DNA of 62,526 nucleotides from an uncultured Candidatus Saccharibacteria bacterium (GCA_964444225.1 CAYUFM010000004.1:1-62526), one strand, 5' to 3'. Shown: positions 9,488 to 19,240, numbered from the stretch's first letter. Numbers and translations: made by a program. The notes: generated by a model not told the origin, from the sequence alone.

Positions 9488-10768
9488 TTAATTTGCGTTT
9501 TCAACAATAAAATTCACGACTTTTTGGCTGAGGATTCGGCTGGCAATATCACGGCGAGCTTCTTCTTTCTCTAATTCTGCCTGCATCGCCGGGTCGGTAT
9601 ACTGACCTTTTAGCATTTGCATCTGGATCTCTAGCTCTTCTGGAGTAACATTTATATCCTCTACTTCAGCGACTTCGCTTAGTAATATCGCAGTCTTTAC
9701 TTGCATTGTGGCCCGCGGCACAAGCACATCTTTTTTGTAATCTTCGTCAGTTTTACCTTCAAGTGCCAAGAATTCTTCATAAGTTTGGCCGCGATAATTA
9801 AGGTTGCGCCTAGTTTCTTCTAGCTCAAACTGAACTTGTTGGTCTATTAGCACCTGTGGCAAGGCAACTTCGCTATCATCTACAAACTGTCCAACAAGAT
9901 CGTTTTGCTTAAGGCGCAGAGACTCTTGCTCAGCTTCGTGAGTAAGTTGTTTCTTTATGTCTTCTTCTAGCTCTTTAAGCGTTTTAAAAGGCCCGACCGT
10001 GGTTGCAAATTCATCGCTAAGCTCTGGTTTGGTCATTTCATTAATGGTCTTTACGCTGACGCTAAACGTGACTTTCTTACCTGCCAAAGCCTTGACGCCA
10101 TATTCTTTAGGGAAAGTTAGGCCTAGGTCTTTATTTTCATCAGCTTTCATGCCAATGATTCCAGACTCAAAACCTGGAATAAATGAGTCACTTCCGAGAG
10201 TCAAGGGGTAATCGGCGCCTTCACCACCGCTTATAGGTGCACCTTTTTCGTCTACACCTTTAAAATCAATGATTGCTTCATCGCCATCTTTAGCAGAGCG
10301 CTCTACAGCAGTACGCTGGCTCATGCGTACGCGCAAGTTTTCTAGAACGCTTTTTATGTCACTATCCAGTACTTTTTTAGTAGAAACATCAGTCTTGAGA
10401 CCTTTGTATTTACCAAGTTTAACTGGCCCTAGAACACTTGTTGTTACATCGAATTCTAATGTAGTAAACGGCACAAACTTTTTAACATCTACTTTAGGCT
10501 GGGTCACTGGTCGAACGTCCTCAATCTGGGTAGCGCTGGCGTAAAGCTGTGTCATTGCCTCGTCCAGAAATTCCGTCTGTAGAGTCGTAGGATCGATATT
10601 TTTCTCGGCCACCTGCAATGGCACTTTGCCATCACGAAATCCCGCTACCTTAACATTTCTTGCTAGTACTTTTAGTACTTTTTGCTTAATCGGCTCCAAA
10701 TCTTCGGCTACTGCCGTGATATGTAGAGTTACTTCAGTTTTACTATTATCGGTCTTTGTTACATGCAT
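9488..10768 (-). CDS. tig: trigger factor
   Basis: GFRDGKVP ribosome-binding motif, FKBP domain (FIPGFE, FPKEYG); near clpP. Confidence 0.97.
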   Translation of the reverse strand: MHVTKTDNSKTEVTLHITAVAEDLEPIKQKVLKVLARNVKVAGFRDGKVPLQVAEKNIDPTTLQTEFLDEAMTQLYASATQIEDVRPVTQPKVDVKKFVPFTTLEFDVTTSVLGPVKLGKYKGLKTDVSTKKVLDSDIKSVLENLRVRMSQRTAVERSAKDGDEAIIDFKGVDEKGAPISGGEGADYPLTLGSDSFIPGFESGIIGMKADENKDLGLTFPKEYGVKALAGKKVTFSVSVKTINEMTKPELSDEFATTVGPFKTLKELEEDIKKQLTHEAEQESLRLKQNDLVGQFVDDSEVALPQVLIDQQVQFELEETRRNLNYRGQTYEEFLALEGKTDEDYKKDVLVPRATMQVKTAILLSEVAEVEDINVTPEELEIQMQMLKGQYTDPAMQAELEKEEARRDIASRILSQKVVNFIVENAN

Positions 10769-10878
10769 AGTTGGATATATTAACAGATTAGGCTTAGTCT
10801 GTCATTTATAATTATATTAGAATCTCACTTTCGCTGTTTCCAGCTCATCAGCATAAATACACATTTATGGAGTGAGTA

Positions 10879-11523
10879 GACAGATGAAGGAGTTTGAGAA
10901 AAGTGGGAGAAAGGGGTCGTGAGTGCGCGGGAGGCAGCTCGAGAAACTTTGACCAAACCTTAGTTCGCCAACTATTTCTCAAACGCCAACATCCGTCGAC
11001 TCACTTTGAAACCTTACCGCCGGAGATGTGGTGCAGAACGCACCGGGCGCCGGCCGGAAGACACAAGTACGGGCGCAGGGATGCGCTTTTGGACCGAGCT
11101 TTGCAGCTCCCGATCCAGGTTATTAAACCTGATGACAACCAACGTCATCAGTTCCGAGGCGATCGCCTTTGACCGCCGATAGCCGGCCTGGGTCTTGAGT
11201 GAGAAACGATCCGCTCCGAGATGCTTCACTGAGCCGATGACGGTGCAACTGTCGCCGGAAATTGCCCTTACAACCAGAGAGGGAGTGAGCTGAAAGCCCT
11301 TCCTCTTCCGTGGCCGGATCGTCAAAATCCACGTGCCGGATTCAGTCTCAGACTCGCCGAGTCTGATCCAGAACTTGTTGTTCCCGATCGACATTACCGT
11401 TTCCGGTGCTTTTCTGGGTGGCATTGTTTGCCTTTCCTGGTTTGCTTTTCTCGCTGTGCGAGAAACAATAGACTTAATTAAAATCTACTTTTTCTCACAC
11501 AGCCTAAACTCAATTCATCTGTC
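10879..11523 (-). other. long-range complementary flanks enclosing a GC-rich ORF (putative structured mRNA or cassette)
   Basis: GACAGATGAA 10879-10888 / TTCATCTGTC 11514-11523; GAGTTT 10890-10895 / AAACTC 11506-11511; GTGGGAGAAA 10903-10912 / TTTCTCACAC 11491-11500. Confidence 0.6.
11014..11424 (-). CDS. GC-rich basic hypothetical protein (136 aa)
   Basis: ATG with AGGAAAGG 6 nt upstream; G/C-ending codons predominate; about 57% GC by hand count over 11041-11400. Confidence 0.75.
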   Translation of the reverse strand: MPPRKAPETVMSIGNNKFWIRLGESETESGTWILTIRPRKRKGFQLTPSLVVRAISGDSCTVIGSVKHLGADRFSLKTQAGYRRSKAIASELMTLVVIRFNNLDRELQSSVQKRIPAPVLVSSGRRPVRSAPHLRR

Positions 11524-11588
11524 AATGTACCAGTTTGGAGTCAACTCAAACCAAATATATCAGTGAGGCCTCAACAAACTTAAGGTAC

Positions 11589-11616
11589 ATTATACAACTT
11601 ATGTCAACATTTTCAA
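11589..11616 (-). promoter_or_regulatory. putative sigma70 promoter for the GC-rich ORF
   Basis: TTGAAA (11616-11611), 16 nt, TATAAT (11594-11589). Confidence 0.55.
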
Positions 11617-12917
11617 CGACGAAAGTCTTTTATTATGCTGACAAGCCGTTCTGCGCCATGTTTTTCTTCGTTTCCTGACTTCAGATCTTTTAGCGGGTAT
11701 TGTTGTTGTTCTAGCTCATTTTCGCCAACAAATATTACGTAACGTATGTCTTTTTTATCTGCGTGCCTTAGCTTAAGATCAATTTTGCGATCTGTAGCAT
11801 CTACGGCTAAATTCAATCCCATTCCTCGTAAATCGGATAAAAACTTCTGGATTTTTTCGTAAACATCACCTACTACTATGACCAAAGCATCGGTTCCTGG
11901 ATGTAATACTGGCAATAAATGATGTGACTCCAAAAAATTTTGAAGCGTAACGTCACCCATCCCAAACCCAACAACCGGCAAAGGATCGACGCCAAACATT
12001 TCTACCAAGCCGTCATATCGACCTCCGCCAAACATTGCCCGATTATTCTCTGGATCAGTATCAAAAACTTCAAAAACTATCCCATTATAATAGTCCAGCC
12101 CCCGAATAACAGTGATATCAAATCGAGCATTCTCTACTCCAGATTTTTGTAAAATTTCTAAAATATCTCTAATTGTTTTAACACTATCGTGCTCTTGCAG
12201 GTCTGCCGGCAAATCATTAAGCGATGCAACAGAAAGAACATTCAGAATTTTATCGCTTAGACCATCTGACTTTTGGCTAGGAGAACACATAGCGTCAATC
12301 TCAGCCTCAAACACATGACGCTCTATCTTGTGCATTTTATCCACCAGTTTATACATAGTTGTTGTTTGAGTTGGATTAAGCCCAAAATAATCAACCATTA
12401 AGTGATTCATAAATTGGCGATTATTTATCCTAATCTCATACATTTCTGGTTTAGCCCCAAAAGATTTCATAATGTTATTTGCCACAAGAATAACCTCATG
12501 ATCAGCTGATAATCCTTCTTCGCCAAAGATGTCTACGTTTAATTGCCAGTGCTCGCGTAGCCTGCCACGCTGAGGCCGTTCGTATCGCCAGAGATTAGGG
12601 ATAGAAAACCACCTCAAAGGATAGCCAAGCTCTTGACGTCTAGCTGCCACCATCCTGGCAACCGTTGGAGTCATCTCGGGCCGGAGTGTAACTTCACGAC
12701 CGCCCCTGTCTATAAAGCTGTAAGTTTCTTCATTTACTAAAGCTTCGCCCGATTTTGCTGCATATAGTTCTAATGGCTCTAAAATAGGCGCGTCATATTC
12801 AGCATAACCGAACTTTTTAACAGTATTTCTTAGCACGCCAAAAATATAGTCCTGAACTCTCTTGTCCTCAGGATAAAAATCACGAGCTCCCTTATATGGT
12901 TTTACGGAAAGTGCCAT
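11613..12917 (-). CDS. hisS: histidine--tRNA ligase
   Basis: LRPEMT, RYERPQRGRLREHWQ, RGLDYYNG, GGGRYDGL. Confidence 0.98.
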   Translation of the reverse strand: MALSVKPYKGARDFYPEDKRVQDYIFGVLRNTVKKFGYAEYDAPILEPLELYAAKSGEALVNEETYSFIDRGGREVTLRPEMTPTVARMVAARRQELGYPLRWFSIPNLWRYERPQRGRLREHWQLNVDIFGEEGLSADHEVILVANNIMKSFGAKPEMYEIRINNRQFMNHLMVDYFGLNPTQTTTMYKLVDKMHKIERHVFEAEIDAMCSPSQKSDGLSDKILNVLSVASLNDLPADLQEHDSVKTIRDILEILQKSGVENARFDITVIRGLDYYNGIVFEVFDTDPENNRAMFGGGRYDGLVEMFGVDPLPVVGFGMGDVTLQNFLESHHLLPVLHPGTDALVIVVGDVYEKIQKFLSDLRGMGLNLAVDATDRKIDLKLRHADKKDIRYVIFVGENELEQQQYPLKDLKSGNEEKHGAERLVSIIKDFRR

Positions 12918-12982
12918 TTACTATAGATTTTACCTTATTTTTAAGCATTGGAGTACAAATTAGTCGTAAATTCAGATGAATT

Positions 12983-13071
12983 ACAGTTATATTTAAAATT
13001 TTGATAATACCGCACCGAAGTATAGGTGCTTCAGAGGACGAGCATAGAAAACTCAAACAGTTATTGGCTGT
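12983..13071. repeat. degenerate palindromic (ERIC/RPE-like) element
   Basis: Imperfect outer stem ACAGTTAT/ATTGGCTGT; central hairpin GAAGTA-TAGG-TGCTTC followed by AGAGG; abuts the aspS stop. Confidence 0.4.
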
Positions 13072-13072
13072 T

Positions 13073-14482
13073 TTATGTAAGCCCAAGCTCTTTCTTTGAT
13101 TTTGAAGATATATTGGCTGGTGCGTGCATCATTAGATCTTTTCCATCTCCAGTTTTTGCGAACGGTATCACTTCGCGAATGTTTGGTTCGTTCTCCAGTA
13201 GCATGATCAACCTATCAAACCCCCACGCAATACCACCATGTGGTGGTGCGCCAAAATCAAGTGCCTTAAGCATATGGCCAAAATTTTCTTCAATCCGCTC
13301 TGTATCGTAGCCCATAATCTCAAAGGTCTTTCGTTGGGCGGAAGATTCGTGATTTCGAATACTACCACCACCAATCTCAAAGCCATTCAGCGTAATATCG
13401 TACTGGGTTGAAAAAATGTTACCGATATTTTCGCCAAGAAGAAAATCTTTTTCATGCTGATCCTGAGGTTTTGAGAATGGATTGTGGGTGAATGTCCATT
13501 CGCCAGTATCGTCATAGTTATCATCACCTGTTTTTTCAAACATCGGAAAATCAATAACCCACAAAAATGCTAAGAGATTAGGGTCATTTTTATCTTCGCG
13601 AATGTCTGGGCGATCACTACCATACTTCTCTATAGCTTCACTATATGTCATCCGAGGGAATGGCACTTGCTGAATCTTCTTGTCCGGATATTGTTCCTTC
13701 ACTAATGCAATAAGCAATTCTTCGTTTAGCGCCATAACATCTTCTTGAGAAACAAATGACATCTCCATATCAAGCTGGGTAAATTCTGGCTGACGATCTC
13801 CTCGCGTGTCTTCGTCGCGCATACATCGCGCAAATTGGAAGTATTTTTCCAAACCACCAACCATAAGAAGTTGTTTATACTGTTGTGGCGACTGAGGGAG
13901 TGAGTAGAAGCCACCTTTACTTAGACGACTAGGGACAACAAATGAACGAGCACCTTCTGGGGTTGGAGCCGATAAAAGTGGCGTCTCTACCTCGACGAAT
14001 CCACGCTCAGCCAAACTATTTCTAATAAAATTCTGCACCTTAAAGCGGTTTACTATATTTTTTTTGAGTCGAGCGTTACGCATATCAAGATAACGATGCT
14101 CAAGTCGTATCGACTCATCCACCACTCGGGCGTCATCATGAATTGGAAAGGGCGGAACATTGCTGGTGTTCAGTACATCAATTGTTGTAATTTCTAACTC
14201 GATATCTCCATTAAGAACGCCCTCTTTTTTATTTTGTTCTGGACGCTCACGAACAAAACCGCTCACGCGTACCACGTACTCTTCTCTTATATTTTTTGCA
14301 TCTTCTAATACAGTACTCTTTGGAAGTACAATCGACTGTACAATCCCAGACGTGTCTCTAAGTTCAAAAAATATCATCTTTCCTTGATCTCGTCGCACAT
14401 GCACCCAGCCGCTTATAGACGCCTCTTTCCCGATGTGTTTTGATAGTTCACTTATATATATTCGTTTTAAATTCATAATCAT
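13073..14482 (-). CDS. aspS: aspartate--tRNA ligase, short form lacking the GAD insertion (start may be 14476)
   Basis: LPQSPQQYKQLLM, RDED..RQPEFTQLD, GAPPHGGIAWGFDRL. Confidence 0.97.
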   Translation of the reverse strand: MIMNLKRIYISELSKHIGKEASISGWVHVRRDQGKMIFFELRDTSGIVQSIVLPKSTVLEDAKNIREEYVVRVSGFVRERPEQNKKEGVLNGDIELEITTIDVLNTSNVPPFPIHDDARVVDESIRLEHRYLDMRNARLKKNIVNRFKVQNFIRNSLAERGFVEVETPLLSAPTPEGARSFVVPSRLSKGGFYSLPQSPQQYKQLLMVGGLEKYFQFARCMRDEDTRGDRQPEFTQLDMEMSFVSQEDVMALNEELLIALVKEQYPDKKIQQVPFPRMTYSEAIEKYGSDRPDIREDKNDPNLLAFLWVIDFPMFEKTGDDNYDDTGEWTFTHNPFSKPQDQHEKDFLLGENIGNIFSTQYDITLNGFEIGGGSIRNHESSAQRKTFEIMGYDTERIEENFGHMLKALDFGAPPHGGIAWGFDRLIMLLENEPNIREVIPFAKTGDGKDLMMHAPANISSKSKKELGLT

Positions 14483-14486
14483 TTTT

Positions 14487-14570
14487 TGGTGCGGATGAAA
14501 GGACTTGAACCTTCACGCATTGCTGCACTAGTTCCTAAGACTAGCGTGTCTACCATTCCACCACATCCGC
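14487..14570 (-). tRNA. tRNA-Leu (anticodon TAG), CCA encoded
   Basis: GCGGATG/CATCCGC acceptor stem, CTAGT-CTTAGGA-ACTAG anticodon arm, long variable arm, GGTTCAAGTCC T-arm, terminal ACCA. Confidence 0.97.
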
Positions 14571-14629
14571 ATAAACGTTTTAACAGATTACATTTTACAC
14601 CCAAGAAAGTAATGAATCAACTAAAGTGA

Positions 14630-15181
14630 TTAGATAACCTCTATTTCAGCACCTCTTAGAGCTACGCTACTACCGCAGAAGTACCTGTCCAACTCTTCTT
14701 TTATTGGCTCAACAGGGAGTCCTGCTCTTACAGCAACAATTCCAAAAGGGAAGGTTCGTTTTGGTTTAAAAAAATTTCTAGCGTCAAATTCTTCATAGAA
14801 TCTACGGAGTTCGTCGTCAAAGTATGGCAAAACATGATCATCGAGTCCTACGCGTACATAATTGAAAACCGAGCTTCTTGCTACGACTTTTACTTTATCT
14901 ACTGGCACCTTATCGAGACCACCGAGAGAGTTGTGTGCAAAATCATTAATCTCAGCTAAGAGGGCGTCTGGACCATTTGGAAATCTACTCTTAACTACTG
15001 AGATATCTTTGCTACTTATGACACGAACACCATAAGTCTCTGGGCTACCAAGTAAGAAATTTCCAGTTCGGTGAGCCATTTCTTCCAGCGCATCTAAATT
15101 TACTTCGCCTGGATGACGAACGCAAACTCTATCTAGCTCTACATTGCTACCGCCTAAGTCTGAACCTGAAGAAACATACAT
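14630..15181 (-). CDS. hypothetical protein (183 aa)
   Basis: ORF fills the intergenic gap; no motif recognised. Confidence 0.7.
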   Translation of the reverse strand: MYVSSGSDLGGSNVELDRVCVRHPGEVNLDALEEMAHRTGNFLLGSPETYGVRVISSKDISVVKSRFPNGPDALLAEINDFAHNSLGGLDKVPVDKVKVVARSSVFNYVRVGLDDHVLPYFDDELRRFYEEFDARNFFKPKRTFPFGIVAVRAGLPVEPIKEELDRYFCGSSVALRGAEIEVI

Positions 15182-15298
15182 TGCGAGATACTTTCAATTT
15201 ATATATTTATAAATATTTTAGTTTATGTAGCTATAACAATTTTTATTATGAACCTGCGTTTAGATAGATTCCACAGTTTGTGTGATTTTTTACAACGT

Positions 15299-15829
15299 TT
15301 ATTTGTGTTTGTAGTAATACAGAGCACTGTCGCCGTAATCTTTACTCTTTACCATTTCTAGGTCTTTAAAGAAGTAAAAGTCTATCTTTGACGGCCAGGA
15401 AAGTACTAAAATACCATCCTCATTCAAGTGTCTTGGCATTGAGTTAAGATCGCGATAAGGAATGTCGTCATATGGCGGATCAAGTAAAATTATGTCAAAC
15501 ATTTGCACCTGATGTCGGGTTGACCAGGCGTTTGCATAGGCCCGCACAGCCTTCACCCTATCTGCTATACCTAGACTAGTTAAGTTCTTCTTGATTATTT
15601 CATGAGCACCTTTATCTACTTCTACAGCCACAACTTCTTTGGCGCCACGACTAACAGCCTCTATAGCTAATGCGCCACTACCAGAAAAAGCGTCTAAAAC
15701 GCGCAGACCTTTTATATCTCCAAGTGCACTAAATATTGCCCCGCGCATCTTCTCGCTCATTGGATGCGTACGATAACCATGAGGACTCTCAAATATCCGT
15801 CCACCCAAGAAACCAGTTATAACTCTCAT
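15299..15829 (-). CDS. rsmD: 16S rRNA m2G966 methyltransferase (RsmD family)
   Basis: MRVITG..GGR N-terminus, LDAFSGSGAL SAM motif, DPPY. Confidence 0.9.
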   Translation of the reverse strand: MRVITGFLGGRIFESPHGYRTHPMSEKMRGAIFSALGDIKGLRVLDAFSGSGALAIEAVSRGAKEVVAVEVDKGAHEIIKKNLTSLGIADRVKAVRAYANAWSTRHQVQMFDIILLDPPYDDIPYRDLNSMPRHLNEDGILVLSWPSKIDFYFFKDLEMVKSKDYGDSALYYYKHK

Positions 15830-15901
15830 GCAACTCAGTATAGGCTAATCTTTTGCATAAATATAATTGACTATATATAGATTATAGTGTATTATATATT
15901 T

Positions 15902-16285
15902 ATGCATAGAACAGAAACATCAGAGCGCGAACTCGCAAGAACCTCAATTACTCAGTATGTACATGAAGGTACACCCGTAAATGTTGATGCACTAACATTC
16001 TTAACTCACCCGGATGTTCTAGACCAGATTGTCTACGGTGACGACAAGCCAAACAGGTGCCCTCTCGATGAATCTTCAACAGAAAGATATCAAAGATTAG
16101 CCGAATTAGTTAAGAGGTTAGGCCATGTAGAAGATACCGTTCCAGAGCCTCAAGCACATGAGGTACTCATTGAAACCCCTAAGCCTTGGTGCAACCCAAA
16201 CCCTGATAAAAATGACTTAGAACATCTTGTAAAAAGAGCTTTTAAAACACACCCCACCAGAAGCTCCTATTTTTCAAAAAACTAG
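15902..16285 (+). CDS. hypothetical protein (start revised to ATG 15902)
   Basis: TTGACT-17-TATTAT promoter (15867-15895) ends 6 nt before ATG 15902. Confidence 0.7.
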   Translation: MHRTETSERELARTSITQYVHEGTPVNVDALTFLTHPDVLDQIVYGDDKPNRCPLDESSTERYQRLAELVKRLGHVEDTVPEPQAHEVLIETPKPWCNPNPDKNDLEHLVKRAFKTHPTRSSYFSKN

Positions 16286-18321
16286 TTTAGACTTGTAACA
16301 GAACGATATCTTTGGACTCTTTGAGCTAATTCTGAGTATTTTTTTAAATCCTCACTGGAGTCTAAAAAGTCTTGAGCAGATTTGCGTATAGTGGCAATTT
16401 GTCGCAGGTCTGTCAGATTAGCGACACGCAGATCTAGTTGACCAGACTGCATGTGTCCATAAATTGCGCCCGGACCACGAATTTCTAGATCTAACTCTGC
16501 AAGCTTAAAGCCGTCTGTAGTACTTTCTAGAGCTCTGAGTCGTTTCGAGGGCTCGCTACTATCACTCATGACCAAATAACAATAGCCAGGGTCCTTGCCT
16601 CTTCCGACCCGACCCCGCAACTGATGAACTTGCGCTAAGCCAAAACGCTCGACACCCTCCACGATCATCACTGTTGCATTTGGTACGTCAACACCGACCT
16701 CTATCACTGTTGTTGCTACCAAAACATCAATTTTACCAGCCACAAATTGCGCCATCGTGTCTTCTTTGGCATCAGATTTTTGCCTGCCATGAAGCAGTTC
16801 AACCTTATAATTTTTAAAGATTTTTTTCGACAAATCTTCATAAACTTTTTCGGCCGACAAGACCTTCAAGACATCAGACTCCTCGATAAGTGGACAGACT
16901 ACAAAAACTTGCTTGCCGGCCTTTAAGTGTTGCTCGACTTTGGCATACATTTGAGCCTTAGAGTTCGGAGACACTAGGCTAGTTTCTACCGGAGTACGCC
17001 CAGGAGGCATCTCATCTATAATCGATACATCCATCTCGCCATAAAGTGTTAATGCTAGAGAACGCGGAATCGGGGTCGCAGTCATTGATATGACGTGTGG
17101 CATCTTGCTAGCTTTAGCTTGCAGAGTTTTGCGTTGCTCTACCCCAAAACGGTGCTGTTCATCAATTATAACTAGCCCTAAATTGTGCAGATCAACCTTA
17201 TCAGTTATAAGAGCATGGGTTCCGACGATAAGTTTAATCTGGCCTGATTTTATATTGTCGTAAATTAATTTTTTGGATGCTGGCTTTATACTACTCACCA
17301 ACAATGCAACCTGGTCACTAAATTCGGTTTTTTCTAAGAGCTTTGAAATATTTTCAGCATGCTGGCGAGCTAAAAGTTCAGTTGGAGCCATAAATGCAAC
17401 TTGGTATCCGGCCTTCATCGCCATAATGGACGCCATAACAGCAACAATAGTCTTGCCAGACCCAACATCACCTTCGATTAATCTATTGGCTGGAGTTTTT
17501 GCCTCAAAGTCTTTATAAATTTGCCAGATTACTTTGCGCTGAGCGTTAGTCAGCTTATACGGCAAACTGTTCGCAAAATTCTTAGCTGTCGGTTCATGAA
17601 AATCTATTTTCACACCAGATTCCGTTGTAAATTGCTGTTTATTCAACAAACTAGCTAGAGTTACACTAAAAAGTTCTTCAAAACTTAGACGTTTTTTAGC
17701 ATCGTCGATGTCTTTTTGTTTATCCGGAAAATGTATTGCGCTCAAGGCGCTAGCACGTGTCATAAGTTTATTAGCCTTGACTATTTTTTCTGGTAAAACT
17801 TCTGGAAGACTATCAATTTGAGGCTTAATCGACGCCAAAATTTTACGTACTACACCGGACTTAAGTCCTTTAGTTTGCTTATATATCGGTACTATCCTGG
17901 CTGTATTGATCGGAAAGTCACTCACAAGTTCCATATTAGGATTCATGACAGTAAGTCTACCCCGAGAAAGCTCAAAACTACCTGTGATGTAATACTCGAC
18001 CCCAGATTTAATGCCTCCAGCGCGGTAGGGCTGATTAAACCAAACAAGTCTGATTGAGCCACTTTGATCGCTAGCGACGGCCTCAGTTATATGCATACCA
18101 CGTCGGACATAACGGCCAGTTGCTTGTTTTATAACGGCTTTTATACTGACAACGCTACCAGGTCTCAGCTCCATTATTGGTGTTATCTTAGAGTAGTCGT
18201 CGTAGCGTCTTGGGTAAAAATCTATTAGATCGGCTACTGTTTTTAAGCCAAGAATCTTCAGCTTTGCAGCAACGCTAGGCCCTACGCCCTTCAAACTTTC
18301 CAGGCTTGGATCCAGATTCAT
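16282..18321 (-). CDS. recG: ATP-dependent DNA helicase RecG
   Basis: GDVGSGKT, DEQHRFG, MTATPIPR, ERFGLAQVHQLRGRVGRG. Confidence 0.98.
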   Translation of the reverse strand: MNLDPSLESLKGVGPSVAAKLKILGLKTVADLIDFYPRRYDDYSKITPIMELRPGSVVSIKAVIKQATGRYVRRGMHITEAVASDQSGSIRLVWFNQPYRAGGIKSGVEYYITGSFELSRGRLTVMNPNMELVSDFPINTARIVPIYKQTKGLKSGVVRKILASIKPQIDSLPEVLPEKIVKANKLMTRASALSAIHFPDKQKDIDDAKKRLSFEELFSVTLASLLNKQQFTTESGVKIDFHEPTAKNFANSLPYKLTNAQRKVIWQIYKDFEAKTPANRLIEGDVGSGKTIVAVMASIMAMKAGYQVAFMAPTELLARQHAENISKLLEKTEFSDQVALLVSSIKPASKKLIYDNIKSGQIKLIVGTHALITDKVDLHNLGLVIIDEQHRFGVEQRKTLQAKASKMPHVISMTATPIPRSLALTLYGEMDVSIIDEMPPGRTPVETSLVSPNSKAQMYAKVEQHLKAGKQVFVVCPLIEESDVLKVLSAEKVYEDLSKKIFKNYKVELLHGRQKSDAKEDTMAQFVAGKIDVLVATTVIEVGVDVPNATVMIVEGVERFGLAQVHQLRGRVGRGKDPGYCYLVMSDSSEPSKRLRALESTTDGFKLAELDLEIRGPGAIYGHMQSGQLDLRVANLTDLRQIATIRKSAQDFLDSSEDLKKYSELAQRVQRYRSVTSLN

Positions 18322-18330
18322 AATATATTA

Positions 18331-18454
18331 AGAACTTTCATAAAATAGTGCAGTCTGAGACGAAAACCGAGCACATGAGTAAAGACGTAGTCAAAATATG
18401 TTGAGGCTTCTTGTAGCAGATTTTCACTCTGAATGTACATTTTGGGAAAGTTCT
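18331..18454. repeat. palindromic ERIC/RPE-like element
   Basis: Terminal AGAACTTTC/GAAAGTTCT with nested imperfect stems; 31/40 identity to the copy at 20534-20573; ends at the methyltransferase stop. Confidence 0.7.
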
Positions 18455-19220
18455 ACTTTTTCTTTAGAAGCAGAAAGACACTAGGACCAAAATAAGTTCG
18501 AGCAAAAGTTGGCTGCATAAGCGATTCTACACTTAGCATCAGGGGTTTTGGCACAAATTTCTTTAGACTAGGTGAGCGCAAGTTAGACACAGACAAAGCC
18601 TTTACTACCTTAAAGCCAGCATCATTGAGCTGTTTTATAACCATTTTTGGATTGTGATTAACAAAGGCAACTTCATCATCTCGCTTGTTTTCTTCCGACC
18701 TGATGTCTATCGGCTCATCCGGTACTTTTTTACCCTTTACTGCATATTTAACTCGGTTTTTAAAGTGAGCGTTGTTGGCGATTTCTAGAACTAAGAAACC
18801 ATCTTTTGCGAGACATCTATTAAGCTCTGCAAATTCTTTTGTAGGGTCAGGTAAATGATGCATTACGCGAATCATTGTAAATAGATCAACACTGTCATCT
18901 TTAAATTGCAATTCGTCTGCTTGCATCAATTTTTGGTCAATATTTGGATAGTCCTTTAAGTAATCTTTGGCGATTTTGAGTTGGCTTTTCGCCGGTTCTG
19001 CCAAAGTAACTTTGTCGGAGTAATCATTCAGTAAAACGCAAAGGCGACCATAGCCACCACCAATGTCCACAGCATGTTTGAACTTTTTACCCTTAATAAG
19101 GCGTTTGATAGCAATTTCTTCAGCAGCATGCTCGTAATCTCGGCCGTCCCAATATTTTAAATAGTTATAGTCACCATTATCATACTGGTCGGCAACTTTT
19201 TTGGTTTTTTTATCAGTCAT
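18453..19220 (-). CDS. class I SAM-dependent methyltransferase
   Basis: VDIGGGYGRL motif I; FKDDSVDL..RVMHHL. Confidence 0.9.
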   Translation of the reverse strand: MTDKKTKKVADQYDNGDYNYLKYWDGRDYEHAAEEIAIKRLIKGKKFKHAVDIGGGYGRLCVLLNDYSDKVTLAEPAKSQLKIAKDYLKDYPNIDQKLMQADELQFKDDSVDLFTMIRVMHHLPDPTKEFAELNRCLAKDGFLVLEIANNAHFKNRVKYAVKGKKVPDEPIDIRSEENKRDDEVAFVNHNPKMVIKQLNDAGFKVVKALSVSNLRSPSLKKFVPKPLMLSVESLMQPTFARTYFGPSVFLLLKKK

Positions 19221-19240
19221 AGTTGAAGATTATACCATTC

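Noticed and set aside
10879..11523. Retron or autonomous IS interpretation of the flanking inverted repeats
   Set aside because: No reverse transcriptase, DDE/HUH transposase motif or clear target-site duplication is visible.
10894..11566. Alternative ORFs 10894-11172(+), 11123-11332(-) and 11333-11566(+)
   Set aside because: They overlap the 136-aa ORF, which has the SD and third-position GC bias; high GC makes spurious open frames likely.
11589..11607. TTGACA...TATAAT consensus pair on the minus strand
   Set aside because: The spacer is only 7 nt; TTGAAA at 16 nt was used as the -35 instead.
14487..15298. Genomic island integrated at tRNA-Leu
   Set aside because: No integrase and no duplicated tRNA 3' end seen; aspS follows the tRNA directly.
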